Shown here piece after piece: positions 1 through 14,490 of a DNA stretch of 64,000 bases. This DNA comes from Bugula neritina (Eukaryota; Animalia; Bryozoa). The stretch is taken from NCBI GenBank assembly GCA_964035545.1, contig OZ037765.1, positions 10,984,698-11,048,697 on the forward strand. The letters run 5' to 3'. Under the pieces are notes generated by a model. It ran no database searches. It had not been told where the DNA came from and saw only the letters and a program-made list of their open reading frames with translations. The stretch's first letter is position 1; each line of letters opens with the position of its first letter. A program made the position numbers and the translations under genes.

Positions 1-830
1 CTCTAGTACTTTGTTTGCACCAATGTAAAACTTTAATAGTGGATCATTGCCATATTTTCTCATTCCTTCCAAGGCTTCAGTCTGGGCATGCCCATAATAC
101 TTTTCTCTCATGTAGTAATGTATCTTGCCCTTTATAGATATATAAATTTTTGAAAAACACTAAGGTTATTTATCTGACAACAAAAGTCCTGTGGCCTTTG
201 ATTATTATGTTGAACAATTCATAATTACATGGAAATACACTTACTCGACCCAGTCCTAATAAAGAAATTTTTATTTAAAAATATTTTGTAATAATTTTAA
301 AATTAATATAAATATAATATACTCTTATATTGAACAGTGGTATAGTTTGGGGTTATTGATTATTCAGTGTTTGTATAAGACTAAAAACTGCCAATAAACA
401 TGGCTTTACAAATTTACAAATTAAATAATCATTAGTTTGTTCACTCTTGTATACAATTTTATCAATTTTGACATGTTTTATATGAATTCATAAAGCTTCT
501 TCCAGCTATATTTGTTAGTATATAAGTATTCTAAAATAACTTATTAATTTTTAACTTCTAATACATTGCATGAGCAGCTAAATGCATAAAATTATGTAAG
601 TTTAAACAGTAGAACATAGCATTTAATTTTAGCACTTGATGCAAGGTCAATTTGAATGCAGGTTTCCAAATGTGATTTAATTGCTAACATTAGCGTCGAT
701 ACAACTAGTACTACTACTACGTAACCAGGATTTAGTAATTTTATGGTAATAATAAATTATCTGCGTTGTAATAATTAGTTGATAAAGGTCAGTTACAACT
801 TACAAGCGTTAAAGCGTCGTTTTCAGCCAT
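1..830 (-). CDS. TTC21B: Tetratricopeptide repeat protein 21 (IFT-A subunit IFT139), first two coding exons; gene continues off the left edge
   Basis: Exon 830-804 (MAENDALTL|gtaagt) splices in frame to exon 129-1 (GKIHYYMREKYYGHAQTEALEGMRKYGNDPLLKFYIGANKVLE). This resembles the recalled TTC21B N-terminus (LINYYCQERYFHH...EGIKRYGSDPVFRFY). Not in the ORF track. Confidence 0.85.
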
Positions 831-1309
831 AATAATTGGTAGTCAGACTCAATATGAATATCAACTTGAGCCTGAGGACGAGGTTTTCCAAGACCAATGC
901 TTCTAGTTCTACTTCTAGAGTCCTATTAGTGTTAGGTTTTATTGGTTAACGGTTTAAAAGGGTAATTACAAAAATGAACGTAAGCACTAAATATGAAATT
1001 TAGTGGCACTGATATCCATAACCATGTCAACGTAAGAGTACTTCAAATATATCACTTTGAGCTTGATATAACTATGAATGTGCTTATTGTAAACCCAGTC
1101 GCCTAGATAGGAATGCTAGGCTGAAAAATATGCCAGCACGCGTATTATGGTAATAGCTAGTGTAAATAAAGAACGATTCCGCGACTATTGCCGTTTACGC
1201 ACAATTTGCAAACATGTAGACCGATTTTTATCGCCTTTATAAATGCCAAGAAAAGTCTTTTTATTAAATATCTTTATACAGGCGCGTAACTTAACGCAAC
1301 TTCCGTCTA

Positions 1310-1323
1310 GTTTCCTCGGTAAC
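1310..1323. promoter_or_regulatory. RFX X-box in a divergent promoter
   Basis: GTTTCCTCGGTAAC closely matches the X-box consensus GTTNCCATGGNAAC. It lies in a CpG-retaining stretch between two divergent genes, beside an ETS-like ACTTCCG. A weaker X-box-like GTCGCCTAGATAG is at 1098-1110. Confidence 0.65.
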
Positions 1324-3232
1324 CCCTGTAGTAGCGCAGAGCGTACAATGAGAACCGCGGTTTATTTGCTCTTTGTACAATGTGAATTGAATACTCTGTT
1401 GTTCAATTGTTTGATAATGGTCCATTTAGCAGTGAAAGAAAACAAACTGCTTTGAACAGCATTATCATTATAAGAAAGCATGAAGGTACAACTGCAGTTT
1501 ACAAGTATTATTAAAGCAAATTACGTTAAAATTTTGCATTAAGTTTACCTTACGTTAAACTGATTGAGTTTGATTGATACTCATACTCGTACTGATAGTC
1601 ATACTCATACTGATACTGATAGTCATACTGATAGAGATTTAAAGTGATAGAAATAAATTATTAATAATAATTAAGTGCAACTTATCTTTGAAAATATTAA
1701 TCTTATGGTATTACTATTAGTATTAGTATTACTATTAAAAACCAACTCGCCGTTACTACCCTTAACAGTAATTCTCTAAGTCTAATACTAATAGAGTAAT
1801 ACTAATACTAATAGAGTAATACTATTAATGGTGGCTACTCTTAATCTTACGCGGTAGCAATCATTTACATAATCTTTTTGTGATTATCTTAAATATAATT
1901 ATTTTTGAATTTATACTTTCGGTCAATATTATTTTAATTTTATGACCTTTGACTTTGTTGAAGTTGAGTATAGTGGCTGTTTTTAATAATTCAAGCCACG
2001 AGACTTGGACTGAGTTACTTGAAATTGAAATTTAATCTCACTTAGTCTTATTCTTGACCTTATTATAATAAAAACTATTTATAGCTTGCAGTTATTATGA
2101 TGGTCATAATAATGATCATGATAATTGGACAATTTTTTTATCTTAGCTTATTAGTTATTACCTATAAAATCAGAATAAGCTTAGTTCTACTAGAACTTCC
2201 AGCAAATGAAATGTCACCTATTATTTGATTATAAAGGTCAGCACTGTTTTTACTGCAAAATTAAATATAGTGTAACATTTTATTGCCAGCAATTATCATT
2301 TTAACTAGTAGTTAATAATTAGTGGATGCATACACTTGTCAATGTGTAAATATAAATTAAAAATTATAGTTGGGTTTTAGGTGTAATTAATGCATTACTA
2401 TTAGTCTATGCTATAATGTTTTGGAATTAAAATAGTGACTATTATGTCCATTGTGTAGTTAATCTATGCAGTCTAACTAAAACTACTATTCTAATACAAA
2501 TCAATAGTCCTCATTTCTTTGGTAATTACACAGCATATTCATGTAGATATTTTTTATAAAGTTAAACGTATCTTTTTACTTACTTAACTTTTATTTAAAT
2601 TTAGACAAACATGAGCTCAGGTCATCCTGATTTACTGCAGAAGAACAACCTAAATGGAATTTTAGGATTTGGTAACCTTTGTATTTTGTAAAAAGTCTGG
2701 TAACATAAACTTTTAGTATGCAATTTTTGTTTTGATTCTGGCTTCTATGCTGCTTAAGTTTTAGTCTCAGATTACATTTCAAAATTAGCTGTAGTAGAAT
2801 TAGTGTCGTGTCTGTTAAATGAGCTTTTTAGGTTATATTTTGCATTTTTATAAAGTTTTAGTTATAAGTTTCAAAATTTTACTTATAATCCTAGTGGCAC
2901 TGATCCATATAATGATTGAAAATTAAAATAATGAATACCAATTTTAACTGTTAGTTAACTAACATCAAACATAAAACTTTATTTGAAAGTCTACATTTTA
3001 ATGTTTATTGGTTTTTATCACTATGCTTATCTTTAGCTTGTTGGAGCAAAGTTTCCATATTTATTTCTCAAGTTTTATTAATTTGTAAAATGGGATTTTT
3101 TTAAACTATTAACCTGTATGTTGGTTATTAATCAATTTGCTATATATAAACTTGTCTATCCGCCTATTTCTTATAGCAACAGCAGTGGACCTAAAGAACT
3201 CTATAGCAGTTTCTATTAATGACCGAATAAAA

Positions 3233-6200
3233 ATGGGGGACCACAGATTTAAAGGATATGTGAATGATTTTATGTTTTCGCCTCGTAACCCAATCACAAT
3301 GCATTCGTCAAATCAAATGGCTGGTTAGTAACTTGCTGCACTGCAAGCACATAAATGATAATTAATTGGAGTATTGTTGTCAAATTACCCCTATTAAAAA
3401 AACCTGTCCAGAATATTTTGTTTAAACATTTGTTAATTTTTTTTAGAAAACTTATAGGGATATATTTCTTTTGTCTAAGTTGAGTAGCTCTCTATAAACA
3501 CTGCTCACTAGTTATGTTGTAATACCATTATAATATATTACCATTATTTGGTTTGCAATGATGTAACTGTGTTGCTATAGGCATAACACAAGGCATGCTT
3601 GCTATAAGCTGGCTGAGTGCATCAAGAAAAATTCATTGGCTCAACTCCTAAAGGACTTTGCTATAAATAGATTGTGTTTCTATTAGAGGTCTCAATTTAC
3701 TAGTTATAACATTCAACTGTTGATGCTTATCAAATCAACAGTATAAATTCTAAATAAGCACAACTAAATCTAAGCAATTAATTTTGTAATTTGTATTGTT
3801 TGACAGGTGTCATGAATCATACCAACTCTGTTAATAGCTACAAGTACCCTCTACCACCTAAACAACCCATCACACAGTATGTACTCATATGTTTTTTCCA
3901 AATTATTTGAATACAAACATTAATTTATAAAAGTAAATAATTTGTGTAAACTTTAAAGGGATTTTTTCTCTGTTTTAAAGTTCTAATATTTTCTTTTTTA
4001 AGCCTTCATATATTTGTTGATATCGTTTAGAAGATTGTTTAAATAATTTACAAAAATCATAATTGAAACACTAATTGGTGACACTGTATTGTTGCATTTA
4101 CAAATGATCTTATTGATATGTATCGTTAATATTAAATGCCATTTTATTAAAATCTGGCCTGTAGAATAACATAATTTTTATTATAAAAGCATATAATTAA
4201 GATCTGTTCTTATATATAAATAGTGAGTCATAATTGCTGCAGCAAAACATCATGTTGTAAAACAGAAGACACGCACTGTGTTGCCATCAGCAATAACCAT
4301 ACATCTTTCTTACAGTGTTCCTTGCCTAATGTTTCTATGAATAAGCTTCCGTTTATTGCATTATAGTCTATTTAATTCGGTCTGCTTGATATAATAAAGA
4401 AACCCAAGAATGTCCACTGCAAATAGTTACTGCAAACGTAGACTATTTATGCAAATAAAAGATAAATAATGCACTGAATGTTTGTGAAAGCTACAGCTAA
4501 ATTAATCCAAAAACTTCTAGTGCAAGTTTGATGCAAGCTGAATAGGAGTTGTGCTAACATTGATAATTGCATTATTTCCCATTTTTCTAGAACCTGAATG
4601 TTCTGCCTGCCATTAAGTTACTGACTATTAATAATGTTAAAAAAGAAAATTAATTCATCATGTCTTTTTACAACAGTGAACTGTCTACATGAAGGCTTCA
4701 TCTATGCAGTAGCACCTTACATGTTGAACTGTATTATATTTTATCATTTTGTTTCATAAATACAAAGTATATTATTTTGCAAGTTGGTATTTTTATTGCA
4801 TATAGTATCAGTTGATTTGGAAACTTGTAGATCTGCCGAATTAAGAAACAGGAAAGAGGAATCTGACCGTGACATTGCTTCCTTCAAGCAAGAGAAACTT
4901 CAGGAAATGCTACAAGCTGAGGAGATGAAAAAGCAGGTAATTCTTTCGTGATGCCAAAATAACAAACTTTTAATAATATAAAACTGTTTAATAGAAATGC
5001 AATATGTGTAATATATATAATATAATACATGTAGTATAATACTATAATCATTACTTACATACTTATATGTGTGCTGTGAAAACACAAGTGAATTAAATTT
5101 ATAATATTCTTTGATTTAATGTTGCTGCTTCTTTACTGCTGCTTGAGTTCTTCAGTGCAATGAAATATGTTTGTTGTTTTTAAAAGTTGATTGTCAGGCC
5201 ATTCACGCTGGCATCTAAAGTGTTCTAGCTTGTGTATTAACCAGCATATAATAAACCTGTGTATAGAGTCTTATGGTTTTTTACATCCTAAATACTGACA
5301 CACCATCACTTACTGCACCACAGCAGTAGTTCCTACTTGATTATTTGGATTTATCTCACCAATGCAGGAATTTGAACTTATGAAACTAGATAGGCCTTAT
5401 GGCAAGCCTGGTGCTGGTGCACCTGTGTATCAAAGCTATCATAGGCGTCAAAAGACATTTGATGAGTCTGCAAATATACCTCCTCCACAAGAGAGTGAGG
5501 ATGAAGAGGTATCTTGTTTTTAGTGTAGATGCACTCAACTTTCTGTTCTAGCACTTCCCTAGACCGTCTAGTTGTGAATAATTTTATGAGTCTTTATTCT
5601 AACACTGCGTCTACTGTGTCTACTGTGTCTACTGTGTCTACTGTGTCTACTGTGTCTACTGTGTCTACTGTGTCTACTGTGTCTACTGTGTCTACTGTGT
5701 CTACTGTGTCTACAATACCATTGCTGTGCTATAACCATGCTAGACTGTATTCTCTGTAACAACCACACACACAGTGTTGTGTACACTTATGTGCAAACAT
5801 ATTGCTACTTCTTGTTTAGCTTAGATTTTTACCTATTGATTTAGATTGAAGGTATTACCTATCACTTTAGTTTGTGTGGCCAACTTCTCATGTGTATTTC
5901 TCTGCTTAGGAAGCCACAAAGTCTAGTTTTCTGCACTCAATTTCATACTTGTAAATCTCAACACATTATTTTTATGCTCAAAATGCACAACTTCTGCTAT
6001 TCAGAGACACCAGTTTTGTAGACATGGCCTTTCTGGGGTTTATCTAGTGTTACTAGTTTGCAATGCACTACTCAAACTTTACTCAGGTGGCTGAATATTT
6101 TACTTGTGTGGCATTTTAAAGCACCTAAACCTTTCCAATTCATGACATTGAATCAATGATTTAAAATGTAAAAGTTTGGTTCATTATAATCGCCTTAATT

Positions 6201-9200
6201 CTCTGTTGCTAATCATGCACTATGTAGTAAATAGTTTTAAAGTAAATGCTTCTATTTATGATAAATTAATCCAATTTTCTTGTCAACTTAGAAGTTGAAT
6301 AAAATATGCAACAATTAACCATTCAATTGTAATTATTGAAATATACATGCATTCTTTCTCTACTCACTGCTAGATAATGCATTATTTTCTTCATGAACTG
6401 ATTACTTTGTATTAATCTGCATTAACTTTTTTATACGAAAACTATTTTCTATAATATAGAATTCACTCTATGAAGCATAAGAAAGTTTTAACAGATTTTG
6501 CAAAAGCAGTGATCATTTTAGCATAACCTTTCAACAAAATTGTTCTGTTTTTTTTGTAAATTTTATTGTAAATATGTAAATATAAATAATACAATAATAT
6601 TTTCTCTTTGCTGATTCATTTTAGGATGGAGTTTATAATTCTAAAAGTGGCATTCGACCAGATCCATCAGTAGAAAAGAACTATGTGGATCCAAGGCTTT
6701 CTAAACAGAATGTTGGGCCTAAGCCATACTATAAAGAGGAGCAACCAGGTATAACTTATGCATTCATCTGTCGTAGTTATCTTATATGTCTTCTATTGCT
6801 GTATTTATCGACAAACACTCTGTGGTACTATATAATACATAATATGCCCATTATACTTGGCTATAAAACTCAGTGAATCTCTAGATAAGAGAAATCATTC
6901 ACATGTGTTCAGTAACTTTATTCATATCTTATTGTGTATTTTATAAACATTTTCCTGTATTCTATTTCTAACTTTTGCTATAAGTTTTCGGAAGATATAT
7001 TAGTGCTGCCCAACAATTCAGCTCTATTTAGTATGATGCAATAGATCTACAAGTTGGCAAACCATTTATTTACTCAACATATACTGTATTACATCATATT
7101 AGACCTCTTGTGGAAAAAACAGTTATAATTATACAAACCAAATCTATAGGTCAATAATATCATCTACATGCTGGCACACTTTACTGTTCACTATCATTTT
7201 ATATTACACTGTGTTGCATATTATACGTGTGTCTTGTGAGTGATGGATGTACAACTACTTCATCACACTGTGTGGGATTGTGCTGTTGTAGTTACAGATA
7301 AATTATTATTGATATAGTATATTGATTTCTATACATGGGGATTTCTTTGTAGAAAAAATATCACAATTTTGATAGCATTTTTTATCAAGTTTTGCTATAT
7401 AACAGAAATCAATAAGCTGCTATTATGGCTGCTCATTTAAAATTAGTCTTACATTCATTATTTATTGATTACTGTCGTTGCTAGGTCTTGGCTGTTGCTA
7501 CGGGTTGTTGGATATGCAATGTTTACCAGTTTAATCTCTATTGTTTGTGATTTTTGTTCATTCAGTAGTATTGAAGGAATGAAGCATTCTAGTATTAGCT
7601 CTATAGTATTAAGAGAGTGTAGTTCATTCATTTAGGTAACTTGGCTATTGATAGAGCTTTGACAGACACACAAAAACGAATAAAACAGCTTCAGCAAGAA
7701 ATGCAAGAACTGGAAGTGGTGAGATTTATTCTAAATAAAATTCTGTACAATGATTAAATAAAATGTTATTTTTTTACTATTAGTAGTAGTTTTTACCAGC
7801 TTTGACAAAATAGCAAAAATAGATATATAATAGTTTGTAATTTTAATTTCCTAATATACCGTATTTTCACTACAATTTGCTTCAGATGGTAGTATTATAA
7901 ATTTTCCAGTGTTTATAATAAATATGACGTAGTCAGTTTATTCTTAGCATAGTTTAAAATAATTAGTAGCATTTGATATAACATTTAACAAAAATTTATA
8001 TTAGATATTAATATTATGCAGTTTGTCACTATTGCATTTTCATTCAAACAATATGTAATAAAATATGTATGAGCGGACATTGCTTATTAAAACAAGATGC
8101 ATTGTTTAATATTAACAAAATATTTATAAAAAATATATCTTTCAATTTTATAAGAAATAGTTTACATAATTTGAACAATGATAGCATAATGCACAAAATG
8201 TATTGTATAATAATATTAAAGCAAATTTATATTGTGTTACATGATGCACATTTTAGAATGTAATACGTTTATATTGTCTTGAAATTAAAACAGTGCTACT
8301 TAATTATAGATAGATTAATAAAATTTTAAATTAAAGTAAACTAGTAAGTGTTTTATAGTGCTTGTTTATATGTTGTACAGGCTAATGCTAGGTCAATACC
8401 ATATATAGATCCTGTTGCCGGTTCAATGCAGCGACCTCCTCAAACTAATGTAAGTTTAATATTCAGTGTAAACGCAATATTCAGCGTGTTACACTTACCA
8501 TATACAGACAATACATATCCAGTAGTTTTGTATACATTTCACAGCCAATGCTGTTTTTACATGATGCTACTACAGCAGATACAGCCAATGTTATTAGTCC
8601 ATGTCAAAGGTTGTTTTCTCATCAAAACTGTACTACGGAAATTGAACAAATTATTGAATATTGAGATTCAATTTTTATAAATGTCACTCCTGAGAAGTTA
8701 ATGCAAGTTCTTTTATTTATTATATGGCACATATATTGTTTTGTTGACAATCCCATCACTTTATAATATTACAGTCTCCATTTGAATTCTTTGATCCTTG
8801 GGGCAAAGGTCAAGGTAACCCGAGGAGAAAAAGCAATGGAAACACAGAGCGCTTTGTTGCTATTAAAGAGCCTGGAATTGTACCCATCGTGAATGAAGTG
8901 GCACCAAGCTGGTCAAACCAATACAATTTTGTGAGTCAGCATAATAATGTGCATGTTGTGAGGCATATGAGTGACTCGTATCAGTGGTGTATGGGTGGCA
9001 GACACTGTCAGTGTGTGAGTAATGTGGCAGGCACTGTCAGTGTGTGAGCTCTTAAAGTGTGAGAGACATGGGTGTGCAGGTGTCATATGTTAATGTGTGG
9101 ATGAAACAAGGTTCAATTTATTCTCTGTGTGTAGAATGTACAGTTAGTTTGTTAGTGAAATGTACAGTCAATTTTAATTTATGATTGAAATAAATACTTA

Positions 9201-12200
9201 CAGTCAGATTGTGAGTCAAACAACTGCCCAGTGTTCAAGTGACCTTGGCAGTGAAGGATTTGCACTCTCAATTTTCAACTTGAAATAAATGCTGTTATAA
9301 AATCTATGCTTTGTAATAGTCATTAATAAATAATTTTGTGGTGATCGTTTATTGATTTCCTTGTTTGATTTTTCTGTCTTGTAATGATGTCTAACCAATG
9401 CACTTTCTGCTAATATACAGAGTTATGCTTTCCTAATTTAATTTGGCTGTTAGTGCTTCTTTTAGTTGTGTCTTATTAACTTTCTTATACGTTTCCAACA
9501 ATTAGAAAATACTTGTAACAACATGTAGCGCAGAATATTGGCAAGTCATGCTTATATACAATTTAGTCAAATGACAAAGATGAGTCGCAACGTAACATGG
9601 GTTCGGCACCGATGGTATTGCAGCCTTCACAACCCAGAAGGCTTATAAAGACAAAGGTCAGTTGTGAAGCGTACAGCTAGCCATTTGTCATAAGCAGCTG
9701 GCAAATTTCTTGTCAAAGTTTTAATAGATTAATGAATATTTACAAATTGGATATTATTTTGAGTACAGAAAACAATATTCATCATCCGACATTATGTTTC
9801 CAATATTTTATGTTGTTTTAACTGCACTTATTGCACAGGTTGATTTTAATTTGTGTGTCTCTGTAAATATGTATACAAGCTCTAATTAGTTTGGTATTTT
9901 TGTACTGTGGTGGATATTGCTGTTGGTTAAACACACACAATATGTCTATTTCCTGGATCTTCTTTCTCTGGTAATAAAATTGTAATGTACTTGTTAGATA
10001 AATTTTAGTAAAGTACAAGAAACTTGTGCTGCAATAACTGTTATTGTTAAACTTCGTCAACTCATGATGTGTGACATAATTTACACAGGATGCTGATGAC
10101 GGTACCGGACTTAATGTGGAGAGTAGATTCGGTGGTAGCGGGGAACCAGTTAAAACAAATAGTGGTTCTAATAGGACCAGGTTTCCAATAACTATGCGAA
10201 AAGACATTTATGGGAGTATGTACTATGTAGACACTTCTTAAACTGGATTAGTTGTACATAGCCTATAACATCGTTTGTGCTTTTCATAGTTTTTGTTGTC
10301 ACTATGCTTGCTGTTGTAAGGTATAATGTCAGTAGCTATATATTTTAGATCTACTAACATATTTTACACATGAGTCAATTTCCATTAGTGTAGCATTACA
10401 TCACATGGGTGTGTTTTCAAATTTAGACACAAATATGACTGAAATGGATGGCTTCAACCCATTTAAAGGCAAGGCACCTGAGAACCCTGATTTTTTCCCG
10501 TACGGTAAGCCAGGTGGTGGAGCTCCGATGACGGACAATAAAGGAAGAGTCAATGTACAGAGACACAAAGTTGACTTTGCACGAGAGCATGACTCATCAG
10601 CGGATATAAGCAGGAGAAAGAAGGCTGCTGACGAGTATCTGCATGAACTCAGTGAGTGTTTTCTGTCTGTTAGGGAGCCAGACTATATCTACCTCTTGTC
10701 ACAAAGGTTCAGTTTAACTGCGATCATGCCGAGAGTGAGGTTTTGAATCTGTACAGTTTCCTATTTAAGTTTTAATCTCATAATCAGCTGTCGAGATTTT
10801 TCACATGTATTCATTATTAAAGTTTTTGACTCAATATTAGTTAATGCATTTGCAAGCAAAAACTTTAGTTTAGAAGTCCTGTACAGGCGTAGCTGATTAT
10901 GCACTGAAATTAAGTTTTCTTAACATCTAACGTGAATTTTAACTTTTTTTAGAGAGAGAAATGGCTGAGCAGAGGAGAGCCAGAGAGGAGGCAAATGTTG
11001 AGCTAAGAGCACCAGTAAGTTTCTAATGCCATTTCATGAAATATCAGGAGTGTAGAAGGCATGAACTAAAAAACTTATAATGTGTTACATCGTGTATCAA
11101 GTGTTGTGTGCGCAGCAACCTGCAGCATTTATTTTGTAATAAAGTTATTTACATTGTTGTGAGTCATGTTGCTAGAGGTAAAGCTTAGTTTTGTTGTTTC
11201 TATTTGTATAAGAGTTGGTTTGGAATTGTATTCTTAAAACATGCCATAAGCCTTAGTTGAACATAAAGTCAATATTTGAGGTATACAGAGTTTTAAATTG
11301 TTTTATATTGGTACGTGTATAAATGAATTTATTTACAGGCTTAATAAAGTAACCAAGATAATTGAAATCTATGTGCAATGTTTGTTTTGTTAAGAAGGAT
11401 TGAAACATTCAGTCTGTAAGCAGTACATTTTTTTCTCTTGAATTGACAGAAACAGATCTCTGTTGATAATTGTGCTAGTAATGATATTAGTGTGTCTTGC
11501 TACTGTAGATTGGAGAGCTAGCTACTATTGTGCAGAAAGGTAAAGTTGGTTTTCCTAAGAGAGATCCTGCCACAGGTGCTATTCTAAATCATCATCATAA
11601 AACATCTGATGTAACCCGATCACAGGTAAAATATGTTCACTTTTTTAGTGTTTTTCTTGTCTGTATGTGTGCCAATATCGATTGGTACTTTTAGCATAAC
11701 ACTGGATAAGTAAAGGTGTTATAATTATCAATAATTACCTGAAAAATCTAAGCTTTGTTCATTTAAATGTCATTTCACTATATTTTTTTAATCAAAAGAA
11801 AGTCTTTATCGTTTTATTACATGTCAAATTTCTGCATCATACATAGTTGTTGTCATTTTCCTCACTTATTTTTGAAGCTTTATAATCAATTTTCTTATGT
11901 ATATTCTTTCTAGAATGGAATTCCAGAATCTAGAAAGTTTGCTGGGGTGGTAAGTTTCCAGACTTATGATGTTCACTAGGCTACATATAACTACCTTTTT
12001 TTGGTTTTAAGATGAAAATGTCTGTTTGTCTGTTGAAGAATTTAACACGTTGTCACTACCAATTATGTTGATTCTTATATTGGTTGCTATAGATTGATGG
12101 CGAGATGAACTCCAGTTTTAATTCAAAGCAGTATCACAATGACTTGTCTAAAATTGCTGAAGAAAGACATAGGATGAGACAATTAGAGAAAGTAAGAGAT

Positions 12201-13380
12201 ACCCAAGAAGAGCTGCAGGTAATTTTAATCATATTCTAACTTAGACCAACATATGGAACTTGTAATTGTTATTGTATAATAACAATATTATAGTATTAAC
12301 ATTCATCTAGTTAGTTATTTAAAAATAAAGGATATAAAAAACATAAGGAGGAGTGTTCGAAATATATATTCATAACCGATTGTTCAATCAAGTCAAGTGT
12401 GCCAAATCTGCTGTAGAAATAAACATATCGACTCCACAGTCATGGATTAAAAAAAGTTTAGTAAGTTGAATGGTATTTCATTTTTGTTATTTTCAACAGC
12501 AAATTTTTTCTCATTACATCACATTTAATTTTTGTTACTAAGTTTTTAGGTACATTATAAGCTTTAATGTGCAGATAGAAGCCTGTCATTGAATCTGCTG
12601 ACTTTCCCATTTTACAGCATGGACAGACTTGGAATGAGATGTGGGGAAGGCCAGGTGCTGGAGCCCCTAACAGCAAAGAACCAACATTCAAAAAACCTAA
12701 ATTTAATGATGTTCTTCATCATCCTGAAGCTAGGAATGGTTTGGTTAGTAGTTCATATAATTTAATTATCTATGGGAAAATAATACAACAAGAATCACAC
12801 AAGGTGTTTCGTCATTCTTAATAGATGTGTTTATAGCAGCCTTTAAATATGTACTAGTCTTATCATTTGCTAGTTTCAAAAAACTAATTTGTCATGTTTG
12901 TGTTTCTAGAGATTTGTAAAGAACACTCCTTATGGAATTGCTCAGCTAAATCCTCAACATTTTGTAAAGTCAACCATAAATAGTAGCCATTCAAATAACT
13001 TTGAACTACCGCTAGATCGGCAAAAGAGAGAAAGACAGGTACTTGCTGTATAAGTATTAACATATAAAAGTGTGTCAATGAATTCAGCCAATTGTAATTA
13101 ATTGATTATAATTGTCATGCTATATTATTTGTTTACCACTATAATATATATAATTGAATGTCATGTTGTGAAATTATAATATAATTGCATGACACTTCAT
13201 TATTAGAGAGTGTCTTGAAATAGAGAGAGGTTTTCCACTTCTATACAAAATATATTATGCATGTTTGAATTACCATAATTATTAGCTAGCAAAGGTAAGT
13301 TTCTTCTGCACAGTAAACTTTGTTATTTGCAGATGGATTACAAGCCCACAGCTCCATTTGCCACAGTCTATCCTAACTAA
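3233..13380 (+). CDS. Uncharacterised coiled-coil protein with repeated [YW]G[KR]PG[AG]GAP motifs (CSPP1-like, putative ciliary/microtubule protein)
   Basis: Phase-compatible GT-AG exons: 3233-3323, 3807-3876/3880, (4591-4616?), 4831-4936, 5368-5508, 6625-6748, 7636-7718, 8381-8449, 8775-8930, 9567-9656, 10089-10215, 10427-10651, 10953-11014, 11509-11625, 11914-11949, 12093-12218, 12618-12743, 12910-13038, 13333-13380 (TAA). Motifs: PYGKPGAGAP, DPWGKGQGNP, FPYGKPGGGAPMTDNKG, WGRPGAGAP. Start codon and 5' exons uncertain (possible donor at 1485). Confidence 0.7.
5610..5713. repeat. 9-bp tandem repeat (TCTACTGTG), about 11 copies, intronic
   Basis: Directly visible perfect tandem array. Confidence 0.95.
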
Positions 13381-14490
13381 GGTTATGCAGCACTAGGGAG
13401 GTCGTGCCGGCTTTATCTTCTGCATCTAATATTATATGAAATATGCATGTCTATGAAACATTCTTTAGAGTCTTTATTTATTGATACCATTTTTACAAAT
13501 ATTATCACTTATAATTATTTTGTTAACTATTGTTAGATGCGATATTTTTTTCTTTCATTTAATTGCTGCAACACCTGCTGAGCGGGTAGGTTTTCTCTTT
13601 CACTCATGCTTACTAGTCCCTCTGCATTGCCATTATGGCCATTTCTATTGCTAGCTAAATTACCTGGTCTTCTTGCTTAAAAGACAATCAATAATTTATC
13701 TGTCCACATGCATTAAGTAATCATTGCTCAACACAAATGCTAATAAAGGGACATTGAAAAATATTATGGATATTAATCAATAGCTGCAATAATATGATCA
13801 TATTATTGTATCATATAATGTCCATAATATTTAGGCAGTAGAACGAATTGATGAACTTTCTTTTGCTAGTAGAATAACTCATGGTTTATGCTAATTATTA
13901 TTAACATTATTAGATACACTTATTACGGAAGTTATACCTCTAAAGATAATTATTGTTGCTACTTTATTATATGAGGATATCTATAATTTATTAACATTTT
14001 CGTACAGCTATTTACGCTTTGATTTTGTATTCATTAATGTTTTTCTTATTTATTACATTGTATTTAAAAACAACATCATTAAAATCAAGCATTCCTACCT
14101 ATTTATTTACACTCTATATAATTATACAAAAAAATCTCTACAATGGCTAAAACAACTCTAATAGAAGAGTAGAGCAAAGCAGGCAGTTGCCTAAAACATG
14201 TAAACATAAATTCTAGAATGTATTATTTTTAGATAGGCATGTATTTTGAACCTTAAGCATCATATTGAAGAAAAAAAGTTGAGATATTTTGAGAATTTTA
14301 GACAGTAAGTAGGCTACTGAGCCTAACTGCTCCAAGAACTTTAGAATGGAGGAAGTTTGCCTAATATAACAGCATCTTACCATTTCTACAGCTGTGTAAA
14401 ATATAAAACCAATCAACCAAAGATATCATTATGGTGTAATTTACATTTACAAAAATGTTAGCTGATTAAGAAAAAAAAGAAGTGTCTACT

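Noticed and set aside
5529-5786. (STV)n and (RHS)n ORFs
   Set aside because: Produced by the intronic 9-bp tandem repeat
8995-9048. 29-bp-period tandem duplication in an intron
   Set aside because: Two copies only; ordinary local duplication
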